The notes under the pieces were generated by a model. It was given only the letters and a program-made list of their open reading frames with translations, searched no databases and had not been told where the DNA came from. Below, one piece after another: positions 8,848 through 18,620 of a stretch of 20,000 nt of DNA. The stretch covers positions 68,853 through 88,852 of the forward strand of contig BLSG01000273.1 in NCBI GenBank assembly GCA_012862495.1, read 5' to 3'. How positions within the stretch are numbered: position 1 is the stretch's first letter; every line of letters starts with the position of its first letter. Source of the DNA: Thraustochytrium aureum (taxonomy: Eukaryota). Position numbers and translations under genes: made by a program.

Positions 8848-10626
8848 ATGGCCAAGACGCGCAGCCGCGAAAGCGNNNNNNNNNNNNNNNNNNNNNNNNN
8901 NNNNNNNNNNNNNNNNNNNNNNNNNNNNNNNNNNNNNNNNNNNNNNNNNNNNNNNNNNNNNNNNNNNNNNNNNNNNNNNNNNNNNNNNNNNNNNNNNNNN
9001 NNNNNNNNNNNNNNNNNNNNNNNNNNNNNNNNNNNNNNNNNNNNNNNNNNNNNNNNNNNNNNNNNNNNNNNNNNNNNNNNNNNNNNNNNNNNNNNNNNNN
9101 NNNNNNNNNNNNNNNNNNNNNNNNNNNNNNNNNNNNNNNNNNNNNNNNNNNNNNNNNNNNNNNNNNNNNNNNNNNNNNNNNNNNNNNNNNNNNNNNNNNN
9201 NNNNNNNNNNNNNNNNNNNNNNNNNNNNNNNNNNNNNNNNNNNNNNNNNNNNNNNNNNNNNNNNNNNNNNNNNNNNNNNNNNNNNNNNNNNNNNNNNNNN
9301 NNNNNNNNNNNNNNNNNNNNNNNNNNNNNNNNNNNNNNNNNNNNNNNNNNNNNNNNNNNNNNNNNNNNNNNNNNNNNNNNNNNNNNNNNNNNNNNNNNNN
9401 NNNNNNNNNNNNNNNNNNNNNNNNNNNNNNNNNNNNNNNNNNNNGAGACCTCCGACATGGACGCCGGCGGCGCCAAGGCTGGCGACGGCGGCGAGGACGA
9501 CGAGGACGAGAGCGCATCGTCGGACGAGGAGGAGACCGCGAAGGGCGGGCTGTCGCTTCAAGCTGCCCTGAAAAAGGCCATGGCCACAAACAAAGGCGGC
9601 GAGGGCGGTGGCTCTAGTAGCAGCGACGAGGAGGACGGGGGCGAGGAGGACAACCCCGAGGCGAGCGGAAGCGAAAGCGAGGGAGAAGGGCGCGGCAAGC
9701 AGAGCAAAAAGTCTTCGCTCGCGCGGCAGCGGCAGCGGCGCCGGGAGGAGGCAGAGACGGCCGCTCGCGAGCAGGCGCGGCTCGCTGACGACCAGAGCCC
9801 GCAGTCGGCGGACGACTACGAGCGCCTCCTGCTAGGCATGCCCAACTCGTCCTTGCTGTGGATCCAGTACATGGCCTTCCAAACGGCGCAGACCGAGGTG
9901 GACCAGGCCCGCGTGTTGGCCGAGCGCGCCCTGAAGACGATCAACTACCGCATGGAGGAGGAGAAGCAGAACGTGTGGTTCGCCCTGATGGAGCTAGAGT
10001 ACAAGTTCGGGACGCCCGAGGCTGTCCAAGAGGTCATCAAGCGCATGCTGCCGCAAATGAACCGCAAGCACGCCTACTTTCGCATCGCCGACATGTACGC
10101 CGCGGGCGGCGAGCTCGACAAGGCTGACGAAGCCCTGCGAAACGCCGTCAAGGCCAAGAAGGGGACCTCCAAGCAGGCGTGGCTGCGGCGCATCGAGCTC
10201 AAGTTTACCGCCGGCGACGTAGAGGGCGCCAAGACGCTGCTGCAGGCCGCAGTCAAGGCCTTGCCCCCGGCCAAGCACATGTTTATCTACCTCGCGTTCG
10301 CCCGCCTCGAGTTTTCCAGCCCAGAAAAGGGCGGCTCCCGCGAGCGCGCGCGCACGATGTGCGAGGAGCTCGTCAGCAGGGCACCAAAGCGCAACGACGT
10401 CTGGCACCAGTACATCGACTTGGAGATCAAGTTTGGTGGCGGCAACCAAGAGCAGGTCCGCAACCTCTTCAAGCGCGCCACCTCCGTCAAGCTCAGCGTG
10501 AAGAAGATCAAGGCCTTTTTCAAAAAGTGGCTCGTCTACGAGAACGCGCACGGCACCGAGGAGGGCGCCGAGACCGTCAAGGCCCTCGCGCGGGCGTACG
10601 TGCAGGCGCTCACGACCTCGGCATAG
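8848..10626 (+). CDS. RRP5: rRNA biogenesis protein RRP5 (PDCD11); acidic linker and C-terminal HAT/TPR domain visible, interrupted by gap 8876-9444
   Basis: PQSADDYERLLLGMPNSSLLWIQYMAFQ...ARVLAERALKTINYRMEEEKQNVW...PKRNDVWHQYIDLE...KKIKAFFKKWLVYE...VKALARAYV is the characteristic RRP5 C-terminus. The start (MAKTRSRES, ATG 8848) is tentative. Confidence 0.92.
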   Translation: MAKTRSRESXXXXXXXXXXXXXXXXXXXXXXXXXXXXXXXXXXXXXXXXXXXXXXXXXXXXXXXXXXXXXXXXXXXXXXXXXXXXXXXXXXXXXXXXXXXXXXXXXXXXXXXXXXXXXXXXXXXXXXXXXXXXXXXXXXXXXXXXXXXXXXXXXXXXXXXXXXXXXXXXXXXXXXXXXXXXXXXXXXXXXXXXXXXXXXETSDMDAGGAKAGDGGEDDEDESASSDEEETAKGGLSLQAALKKAMATNKGGEGGGSSSSDEEDGGEEDNPEASGSESEGEGRGKQSKKSSLARQRQRRREEAETAAREQARLADDQSPQSADDYERLLLGMPNSSLLWIQYMAFQTAQTEVDQARVLAERALKTINYRMEEEKQNVWFALMELEYKFGTPEAVQEVIKRMLPQMNRKHAYFRIADMYAAGGELDKADEALRNAVKAKKGTSKQAWLRRIELKFTAGDVEGAKTLLQAAVKALPPAKHMFIYLAFARLEFSSPEKGGSRERARTMCEELVSRAPKRNDVWHQYIDLEIKFGGGNQEQVRNLFKRATSVKLSVKKIKAFFKKWLVYENAHGTEEGAETVKALARAYVQALTTSA

Positions 10627-11012
10627 CTCGAAGCGGCGCCTTCCTATCTGTAGAGACAAGTGCTACGGTATTAAACACTTCTGACCCGGCTCTGTTGCTC
10701 CCCCGCCCGCCCCGTTGCCGGCCCGCCGCGTCCTTGCCCGCACAGCGCGGCCCGCCTGGGGGTGGGAGGACTCGCACGCATCTCGCGGGCACGCAGGTGG
10801 ACGTTTCGCCGCAGTCCCGGTCGGCGCGCGCCCTCTCCCCCCGCCAGCGCGCGAGTGGACCAACTCGCCTCCAGAGCGCGAAGTGCGCTTGAGCGAGAGC
10901 GAGAGCGAGCGCGCCCGCGCCCCGTGCCAGCCCCGGCGAGCAGCGCGAAGACGGCGGTCAGGTGGTGGCGGCCATCGGCGCGCGCGAACAAGAAAACGGC
11001 GGCGAGGCGGCG

Positions 11013-11709
11013 ATGGCGGACGGCGAGGACACGCGGCGCCTTGCGCGGTCGTACAGCGCAAGGAGCGAGGACGCGTTTCACAAGCTCGAGGTGCTCGCCG
11101 AGATGATGTCAGCGAAGGAGAAACGCTTCGGCGAGCTGGTCGCGAAGTGCACCAAGCCCATCACCGGGAGCACCGCGTACGAAGAGCTCGTCCGAGTCAA
11201 GAACGACCTGGCTATGATGGTGGGCGAGTAAGTCGGTGGGCGGCGGGCTCTGCGCCTCCTAGGCGGGCGCAGGCCGCTGGGCGAAGGTGCATATATCGCC
11301 GACGCCGTTTGGTTTTGCACGAGACGTAGGGGCTCGCGGGACCGACCTGACGACGCTGCTGCTGCGCAGGATCGACAAGCTGCAGATGACCGGCATTGAT
11401 GCGGTTATGGTGAGTAGTTCGTTGGCTTTGGCGTGCTCGCGCAGGGCCCAGGTTCGGGCTGACAAGCGCGCCGGGATCCCACAGGTCGGCGAGCTGAGCA
11501 CAGGCAAGGAGGAAGCGCGGTAAGTTCGCGATTTGGCTGAACGCAAGGCGCGGGCCGGGCCGCCAGCGTGCAATCAGTGGGCCCGCGCTGACGGATGGCG
11601 CAGCGCGAGTCGCAAGCTGTTAAACAAGCGCGCGCAGACCCTGAGCGAGAGGATAAAGGAGCTGCATGCCTCCCTCGTCGCGCACCTCGAAAGCGCGGCA
11701 GGCAAGTGA
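11013..11709 (+). CDS. Small helical protein with a BAG-domain-like C-terminus, 131 aa; exons 11013-11227, 11370-11409, 11485-11519, 11604-11709
   Basis: Three GT-AG introns (donors GTAAGT, GTGAGT, GTAAGT; CTGAC branches; CAG acceptors) join in frame to give ...VKNDLAMMVGEIDKLQMTGIDAVMVGELSTGKEEARASRKLLNKRAQTLSERIKELH.... The IDAV...EEAR..RK.L pattern resembles BAG helices 2-3. The gene model is strong; the domain call is moderate. Confidence 0.75.
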
Positions 11710-11860
11710 CCAGGGCTTGCTTTGCTAGCCGCCAGCCTGTCGGGTCATCAAGTGGCCGCCCCTGGATTCTGGAGCGCTGCGTTTAAGGAAAGTGAGCAGG
11801 TGAGTCTCGATTCAGCTGGCGCTACTCTACATAAGGTGGCCCACGCCGCGCCACCAACCT

Positions 11861-12423
11861 CTAGTGCACGTAGAGCCCGACCACGACGACGCAGCACCAA
11901 AGCGCCTCCGAAATAAAGTTGATTTCTGCAGAGCTGTCCAAATTTGACTCCCACAAGCAATGCGACGCGACACGCACCGTTTGGCCCTTGTTCTCGCCCA
12001 AGTTGGTCTGCACGACGACCTTGTACCTGTTCAAGTCGAGATCTGCGCGGCGGTCGAGTCACAGCCCAATCAGCAACCCCGCCCTTTCCTCCGATGGCGC
12101 CCCAAGCCCCGATGCCACCACCCTCACTCAAACTTACCCCGGATCTTCTCCATCACCAAGTTGGTCACGTTCTGGGAGATTTCGGTGTTGCTCTCCTTGT
12201 CGTCGCTCCACGACTTGTCGCGAAGGTAGGCCTGCACGACGGGCGTGCACGCATCTTCGACTTTGTTCTTCGTAAACCTGCGCCCGACGAAAAGGACCGG
12301 TCAGCCCCTTGTCCATGGCGCGCCCATGCGCGGCAGCCTCCCACCTACCTACCTATTGTCGATCACAGGCTCCACCTCGTACGTGGGCTGCTGAATGCGG
12401 ATCACGCGAATCCCGTCCTCCAT
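11861..12423 (-). CDS. Tctex-1 family dynein light chain (TCTEX1D2-like), 130 aa; exons 12423-12353, 12277-12138, 12042-11861
   Basis: Spliced translation MEDGIRVIRIQQPTYEVEPVIDNRFTKNKVED...MEKIRDLDLNRYKVVVQTNLGENKGQTVRVASHCLWESNLDSSAEINFISEALWCCVVVVGLYVH has the RYKxVVQ..GE..GQ..RVAS.CLW...D Tctex-1 signature. Splice sites are canonical. Not captured by the ORF track. Confidence 0.9.
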
Positions 12424-12915
12424 CTCTGCAGGCCGCCCCAACGCAACGCGCCCCCCGTCGAGCAGGCGCCTGTTTGCCGGCAGGGCGCGACGCTCGCAAA
12501 GGCTAATCCGAAAAGCTGCGCGCGCAAGACTGGCTGCCTGGATGCCTGCCGCTGCCCCTTGCGAGTCTGCTGGGCGCCCAGCGCAAGTGCAACGGAATGA
12601 AGCAAGTCGCTGAGCTCATTCTGCTCGACCGTTGAGAGGTTAGACGCAGGCCAGTCGAGGGCCGGACACAGGTGTTGCGCCGTGGATCGACCCATCGACC
12701 GATTGATGCGCCGTGGTGGCGCCTCGGCGGACGAGCGCGGGCGCGAAGATGGAGGAGTAGATGGAGGGTATGAGGAGGTTTTGAGAGAAGGATTTTTGCT
12801 GACAGACCTGGCTGCGGAACAACCCGCCGCCGACCAGACTCGACGAAACGAGCGACGGCAGCGGGGAGGAGCCGGCACGCCAGACCAGGCGCGGGCAGAA
12901 CCGCCCAGCGCTCGA

Positions 12916-13732
12916 TTAGTCAGCTGCCTCGTCGAGGTAGTCGCGGACCTCCGCGGGCGTCAGGATGCGAAACTTGCGGTCCTCCCGGACCACGCCGATC
13001 TCGATGTTGTGCTCGGTCATCTCGCCCTCGAACCCTTCGCGCATGGTCTGGAGCGCCGTGTGAATGGCATCTTCAATCTCCATGTCTTCCTTGTACCGCT
13101 TTTCGAGAAAAGTTTTCGCGTTGACAAAGTCTTGGCCGATTGCCGTGGCCTTCCAGCCGAAAAACGCGCCACTCGGGTCGGCCTGGAACAGCTGCGGCCC
13201 GTCGTCGTCATAGCCAGCGATGAGCAGCGAGACGCCGAACGGCCGCACGCCACCGGCCTGCGTGTACTCTTGCATGACCTGCGCAGTTCCGCGCGCGAGC
13301 TGGGACTGTGTGCAGCGAGAGGTAGGAAAGGGAGGCGGGTTGTCAGGATCAGATACGCGCACAAACAAGGCAAGCAGAGCAGGTGTGGGCGCGGAGGAAA
13401 GAGGGACTTACGGTGGGGATGGGGTCCAGGTACTTGCGAAAGTACGTCTGCGCGTGCTTGCGGGCCCGCTTGAGGAGGACGCGGTAGTCTGGGCCGAGCC
13501 CGCTGTATACCACGCCAATATTGTCGGTGACGTTCTTGACCTTGTGAAACCCCTCCAGGTCCACGAGAGCAGGCACCTTGCGGCTCGTCGCGAGCACGAC
13601 GCCGTCCTTGGCGCGAATCCCCAGCGAGGTCTTGCCCTTCTTGTTCACCGCGTTGAGCGCATGCTCGATCTGCAAGAGCTTGCCCGACGGGCTAAACGTC
13701 GTCAAACTAAACGAGTACGCCGAGTCCCCCAT
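12916..13732 (-). CDS. PSMA2: 20S proteasome subunit alpha type-2, 236 aa; exons 13732-13412 and 13305-12916
   Basis: [52 protein letters not shown] and WKATAIG...[10 protein letters not shown] motifs; phase-0 intron 13411-13306 (GTAAGT...CAG). Confidence 0.97.
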
Positions 13733-13906
13733 GCTGCCTTCCCCAACGCCCGTTCACAAACACACACACGCACCCGTCCGCTGGATGGATACTCTTGCGC
13801 TGCTCGCGACGGTTTGACACGGGCGCCGCTCCGACGCGCGACCGACAGACAGCGTCGCGCACCTCCCAATCGACACCGCAGCCCAGCGCACCCGTGCGTA
13901 TCCGCG

Positions 13907-13933
13907 CAGCAGCAGCAGCAGCAGCAGCAGCAG
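13907..13933. repeat. (CAG)9 microsatellite upstream of PSMA2
   Basis: Nine perfect CAG units. Confidence 0.9.
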
Positions 13934-14400
13934 TCCCTCGAAGCCCCTCCTCGCGCGCGCCCTCCCGCCTGCTCGCCCTCCTGCGCCGCTCACGTTCTGC
14001 TCCTGCCGCCGCTTCGCCACGCTTCCACCACGACCCCAGCACAGACCCAAACCATCCTCGATGGACACTCTTGACCAGCACGCCTGACCTCGAATTATCC
14101 TCTTGCGGGAGAGGAGCTTCGCTGGGACTCTAGACAAAAGGGCCTTCGCCGCCGGCGATGAACAAAAGGAACACGCTTTCAGAAGGATTCTGTGAACAAA
14201 AGGATCAGCAGCGGTACCAGTACTTACCGGTAGGTGCGTTCGTGACGTTGTGGGGGATGCTCGTTCGCGTGGACGCGTCGTGCATGTTGGGCGTTTGCGT
14301 GGCGGAGTTGTCGAGTGCGGGGCTGGGATGTCGCGGTGCTAGCGCGCAGAGAGCGGAGACGTGATTGATGTTTTTTGCTTTTTCGAATGGAGCCTCGGGG

Positions 14401-14422
14401 CTAGCTAGCTAGCTAGCTCTAG
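14401..14422. repeat. (CTAG)4 self-complementary microsatellite abutting the isopropylmalate dehydratase stop codon
   Basis: ctagctagctagctagctctag. Confidence 0.85.
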
Positions 14423-15155
14423 ATCCAGGGGCGTTCCGTGGCGATGCGCGCCTCGTAGGCCCTGATCTTGTCCTCCTTTTGGAGCGTGAGGCCGATGTCG
14501 TCGAGGCCGTTGAGGAGGCAGTGGCGGCGGAACGGCTCCACGGTGAAGCGGAAGGACTCGGACTCGGGCTGGTCCTTGTTGACAATGACCATCTCGTCCT
14601 CGAGGGTGACGGTGAACTCGCTCCCCTTCTTGGCATGCTCGCTCAGCGCGCTGACAGCCTCAGCATCGAGAGTGATCGGCAGGATGCCGTTCTTGAAGCA
14701 GTTGTTGAAGAAGATGTCCGCAAAGCTGGTGCTGATGATGCAGCGCACGCCCATGTCGAGCAGCGCCCACGGCGCGTGCTCGCGGGACGAGCCGCAGCCA
14801 AAGTTCTCTCCGACGACAAGGATCGAAGAGCCGCGGTACGCGTCTTGGTTGAGCGGGAAGCTCGGCTTTTCCGTCTCGCCGTCCGCTTCGTACCGCATCG
14901 CGTAGAAAGCCGACTTGCCGAGCCCAGAGCGCTTGATCGTCTTGAGAAACTTGGCCGGGATGATCATGTCGGTGTCGATGTTGGGCTGCGGCAAGGGCGC
15001 CGCCTTCCCGACGAGGACCGTGAACGGCTCCATGCCGGCGCCAGCGCCGGCCGCCGAAGCAAAGCCCCGGGAGCCGCGCGGAGCGGCGGCCGAAGCAAAC
15101 CCGCGCGCGCCGCGGGGCTTGATGAGGTCGCGCACGTCAGAGAGGCGGCCGGTGA
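14419..15155 (-). CDS. LEU1: 3-isopropylmalate dehydratase, fused LeuC-LeuD (LEU1-type); LeuD domain complete (15033-14419), only the last residues of LeuC visible before the gap
   Basis: [37 protein letters not shown]...[15 protein letters not shown]...[17 protein letters not shown]...[16 protein letters not shown] is LeuD. The in-frame upstream [10 protein letters not shown] resembles the LeuC C-terminal (A)xGxxxDVR motif. Confidence 0.92.
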
Positions 15156-16213
15156 NNNNNNNNNNNNNNNNNNNNNNNNNNNNNNNNNNNNNNNNNNNNN
15201 NNNNNNNNNNNNNNNNNNNNNNNNNNNNNNNNNNNNNNNNNNNNNNNNNNNNNNNNNNNNNNNNNNNNNNNNNNNNNNNNNNNNNNNNNNNNNNNNNNNN
15301 NNNNNNNNNNNNNNNNNNNNNNNNNNNNNNNNNNNNNNNNNNNNNNNNNNNNNNNNNNNNNNNNNNNNNNNNNNNNNNNNNNNNNNNNNNNNNNNNNNNN
15401 NNNNNNNNNNNNNNNNNNNNNNNNNNNNNNNNNNNNNNNNNNNNNNNNNNNNNNNNNNNNNNNNNNNNNNNNNNNNNNNNNNNNNNNNNNNNNNNNNNNN
15501 NNNNNNNNNNNNNNNNNNNNNNNNNNNNNNNNNNNNNNNNNNNNNNNNNNNNNNNNNNNNNNNNNNNNNNNNNNNNNNNNNNNNNNNNNNNNNNNNNNNN
15601 NNNNNNNNNNNNNNNNNNNNNNNNNNNNNNNNNNNNNNNNNNNNNNNNNNNNNNNNNNNNNNNNNNNNNNNNNNNNNNNNNNNNNNNNNNNNNNNNNNNN
15701 NNNNNNNNNNNNNNNNNNNNNNNNNNNNNNNNNNNNNNNNNNNNNNNNNNNNNNNNNNNNNNNNNNNNNNNNNNNNNNNNNNNNNNNNNNNNNNNNNNNN
15801 NNNNNNNNNNNNNNNNNNNNNNNNNNNNNNNNNNNNNNNNNNNNNNNNNNNNNNNNNNNNNNNNNNNNNNNNNNNNNNNNNNNNNNNNNNNNNNNNNNNN
15901 NNNNNNNNNNNNNNNNNNNNNNNNNNNNNNNNNNNNNNNNNNNNNNNNNNNNNNNNNNNNNNNNNNNNNNNNNNNNNNNNNNNNNNNNNNNNNNNNNNNN
16001 NNNNNNNNNNNNNNNNNNNNNNNNNNNNNNNNNNNNNNNNNNNNNNNNNNNNCGCGCAACGCGCCCGGAGAGGTTTCGAGCGGCGGCGAGCCACGCTCCA
16101 GGAACGCCCTCGACCGACAAGCCCATGAAATGCAGGCCGTGGCACGGCGGGGCTGGAGCCCCATGTCGCCACCTCAAGTCCCAAGGATACGGCCGGCCGG
16201 CCAGCTCGCCCGC

Positions 16214-17161
16214 TCACAAGCCCTTGTTGTAGAAGACTGTAGCCCCGGCAGAGTCGGCACCAAGCAGCTCCTGCAGCTCTGGCTCAAGCTCCGAGACAGG
16301 GAGCGAGCCGATCTGCGGAAAGTACGCCACCGCTGCCGGAAGGCCAAACCCAAACGACACGATCGTAAAGAGCGTCGTGAGCGGCACCGCGGCCGCAGTC
16401 ATCAGCGAAAAGGGCGGCAAACTCATGATGAACGCCGGCAGGAAAAACACGGGGACCTGGAGGATGGCGCGCGACATGACCGTCTCCTCGACCGCCTTGC
16501 GCGCGGCCACCGAAGAACGGCGGCCCTCGGCGAGCACGTTGCCCTCCTTGTCCGTGATGCTGACGCCGCTTTCGATCTCGGGCCGGCGCATGATGTAGCA
16601 GTTGGAGCAGCTGGCCACGATGCTCGAGGGGAACGCCACGAACTTCATGAGCTGCTGCGCGCGCGCCGGCGAAAAGCGGCGCTGGATGACTTGGCTGAGC
16701 CCGAACGCGACAGTGAGCGCGGCGCCCACCGCGGCGGAATAGGAGACCATGAGTGTGTCGTTGCTGGTTGGCGAGCTCGCGTTGCGGTTGTAGTAGTTGA
16801 CGAGCGCGTTCTGGCTCTGGTTGACCCAGTTCCAGAAGAGCAGCGTAGGTGTGCTCTGCGACGCCATCATGGCCACGCAGACCGGCCCGTTGAAGGGGAC
16901 GTAGCCGCTCATGCGGAACGGCTCCGGGATGATCTCCTTGGTGTCCGGGTGAACAGCCGAGTCGACGAGCTTGCGCGCCGCCCAGAGCTCCGAGTCGCTC
17001 GTCTTGCTGCGGTCCACCTTGCCCTGCTTGAATCGCTCCAGAAGCGCCTCCGCGGCCTTGATCTCGGGCGCGCGCGCCACCAGCAGGCTCGGGTCGCAGT
17101 TGCACAGCTGCTTGGCAAACCGGCCCTGCATGGTCGAGAGGTCAAACCGCTCGCCCTGCAT
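16214..17161 (-). CDS. Sideroflexin (mitochondrial tricarboxylate/serine carrier family); 5' end may extend into the gap
   Basis: RFDLSTMQGRF...DP, LWAARKLVDSAVHPDTKE..PFRMS, FWNWVNQSQNALVNYYNRNAS and the terminal YNKGL* are sideroflexin hallmarks. Confidence 0.95.
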   Translation of the reverse strand: MQGERFDLSTMQGRFAKQLCNCDPSLLVARAPEIKAAEALLERFKQGKVDRSKTSDSELWAARKLVDSAVHPDTKEIIPEPFRMSGYVPFNGPVCVAMMASQSTPTLLFWNWVNQSQNALVNYYNRNASSPTSNDTLMVSYSAAVGAALTVAFGLSQVIQRRFSPARAQQLMKFVAFPSSIVASCSNCYIMRRPEIESGVSITDKEGNVLAEGRRSSVAARKAVEETVMSRAILQVPVFFLPAFIMSLPPFSLMTAAAVPLTTLFTIVSFGFGLPAAVAYFPQIGSLPVSELEPELQELLGADSAGATVFYNKGL

Positions 17162-18620
17162 CNNNNNNNNNNNNNNNNNNNNNNNNNNNNNNNNNNNNNN
17201 NNNNNNNNNNNNNNNNNNNNNNNNNNNNNNNNNNNNNNNNNNNNNNNNNNNNNNNNNNNNNNNNNNNNNNNNNNNNNNNNNNNNNNNNNNNNNNNNNNNN
17301 NNNNNNNNNNNNNNNNNNNNNNNNNNNNNNNNNNNNNNNNNNNNNNNNNNNNNNNNNNNNNNNNNNNNNNNNNNNNNNNNNNNNNNNNNNNNNNNNNNNN
17401 NNNNNNNNNNNNNNNNNNNNNNNNNNNNNNNNNNNNNNNNNNNNNNNNNNNNNNNNNNNNNNNNNNNNNNNNNNNNNNNNNNNNNNNNNNNNNNNNNNNN
17501 NNNNNNNNNNNNNNNNNNNNNNNNNNNNNNNNNNNNNNNNNNNNNNNNNNNNNNNNNNNNNNNNNNNNNNNNNNNNNNNNNNNNNNNNNNNNNNNNNNNN
17601 NNNNNNNNNNNNNNNNNNNNNNNNNNNNNNNNNNNNNNNNNNNNNNNNNNNNNNNNNNNNNNNNNNNNNNNNNNNNNNNNNNNNNNNNNNNNNNNNNNNN
17701 NNNNNNNNNNNNNNNNNNNNNNNNNNNNNNNNNNNNNNNNNNNNNNNNNNNNNNNNNNNNNNNNNNNNNNNNNNNNNNNNNNNNNNNNNNNNNNNNNNNN
17801 NNNNNNNNNNNNNNNNNNNNNNNNNNNNNNNNNNNNNNNNNNNNNNNNNNNNNNNNNNNNNNNNNNNNNNNNNNNNNNNNNNNNNNNNNNNNNNNNNNNN
17901 NNNNNNNNNNNNNNNNNNNNNCCGCCCGGCCAGCCAGCAACCCGCCCGGCCAGCCGCCCCCGCCCCCAAGGAGACCGTCGCGTGCGCGCGCAGCAGAAAA
18001 CCCCAAACGTCTTGCTGCGGCCGCCCATTTTCCAAGCCTCGAGCTCTCGGGGCCTGCCACAGCCCTCTCTGCGTGACGCCCAGCTGCCAGCCCGCCCAGC
18101 TGCCAGCTGGCCCAGTCGGCATGGCTCACGTGCACTTTTGCGCCGCGCCGCGCCACTTTTACGGCGTCGGATTGCCTTGCGTTGGGCCTGATTCGCCCGC
18201 GTCCGGCGGCCCGTCTGTCCAGCGTTGGACGGAGCAGGGCCATTGGCGCGCCGCCCAGGCAGCCAAGCGACCATTGTGCAGGAAGCCAGGCATCCATGAG
18301 CAGGCAGACAAGTGCGCGCGAAGGTCGGCGACACGGTCAAGAGCGCATTCTGGTTTCGAGGCCTCGCAGATTTGCTTCGACCACGATACAACGTCTCCAG
18401 GCGCCAAACCCGAACGCCGCCGAGGCAGAGTCGCAGAGACGCCGAGCTGGTCGCCGCGGGGGGCTGCTGGAGGATCGCGCCGTTGGAAGTGGGCTGCACA
18501 GAGTCGACGCGGGCCTGCGCCGGCACCTGTGCGGCGAGGGCGGGCCGGGCCGCCTTCGGCAATCGTGGACTTGGCGCCGCGTCGGGCTGACCCCCCCCGA
18601 AACCGGCACGCTCGGGCGTC

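Noticed and set aside
3825..10659. Many long antisense or alternative-frame ORFs (e.g. 3825-4976, 5098-5865, 6572-7543, 9994-10659)
   Set aside because: Shadow ORFs expected from high GC and codon bias; each overlaps a well-supported gene.
13220..14074. 284-aa plus ORF with polyQ
   Set aside because: Mostly antisense to PSMA2; the Q run is just the (CAG)9 microsatellite.
14419..17161. LEU1 and sideroflexin as a functional mitochondrial amino-acid cluster
   Set aside because: Adjacency alone is weak evidence in a compact eukaryotic genome of otherwise unrelated neighbours.
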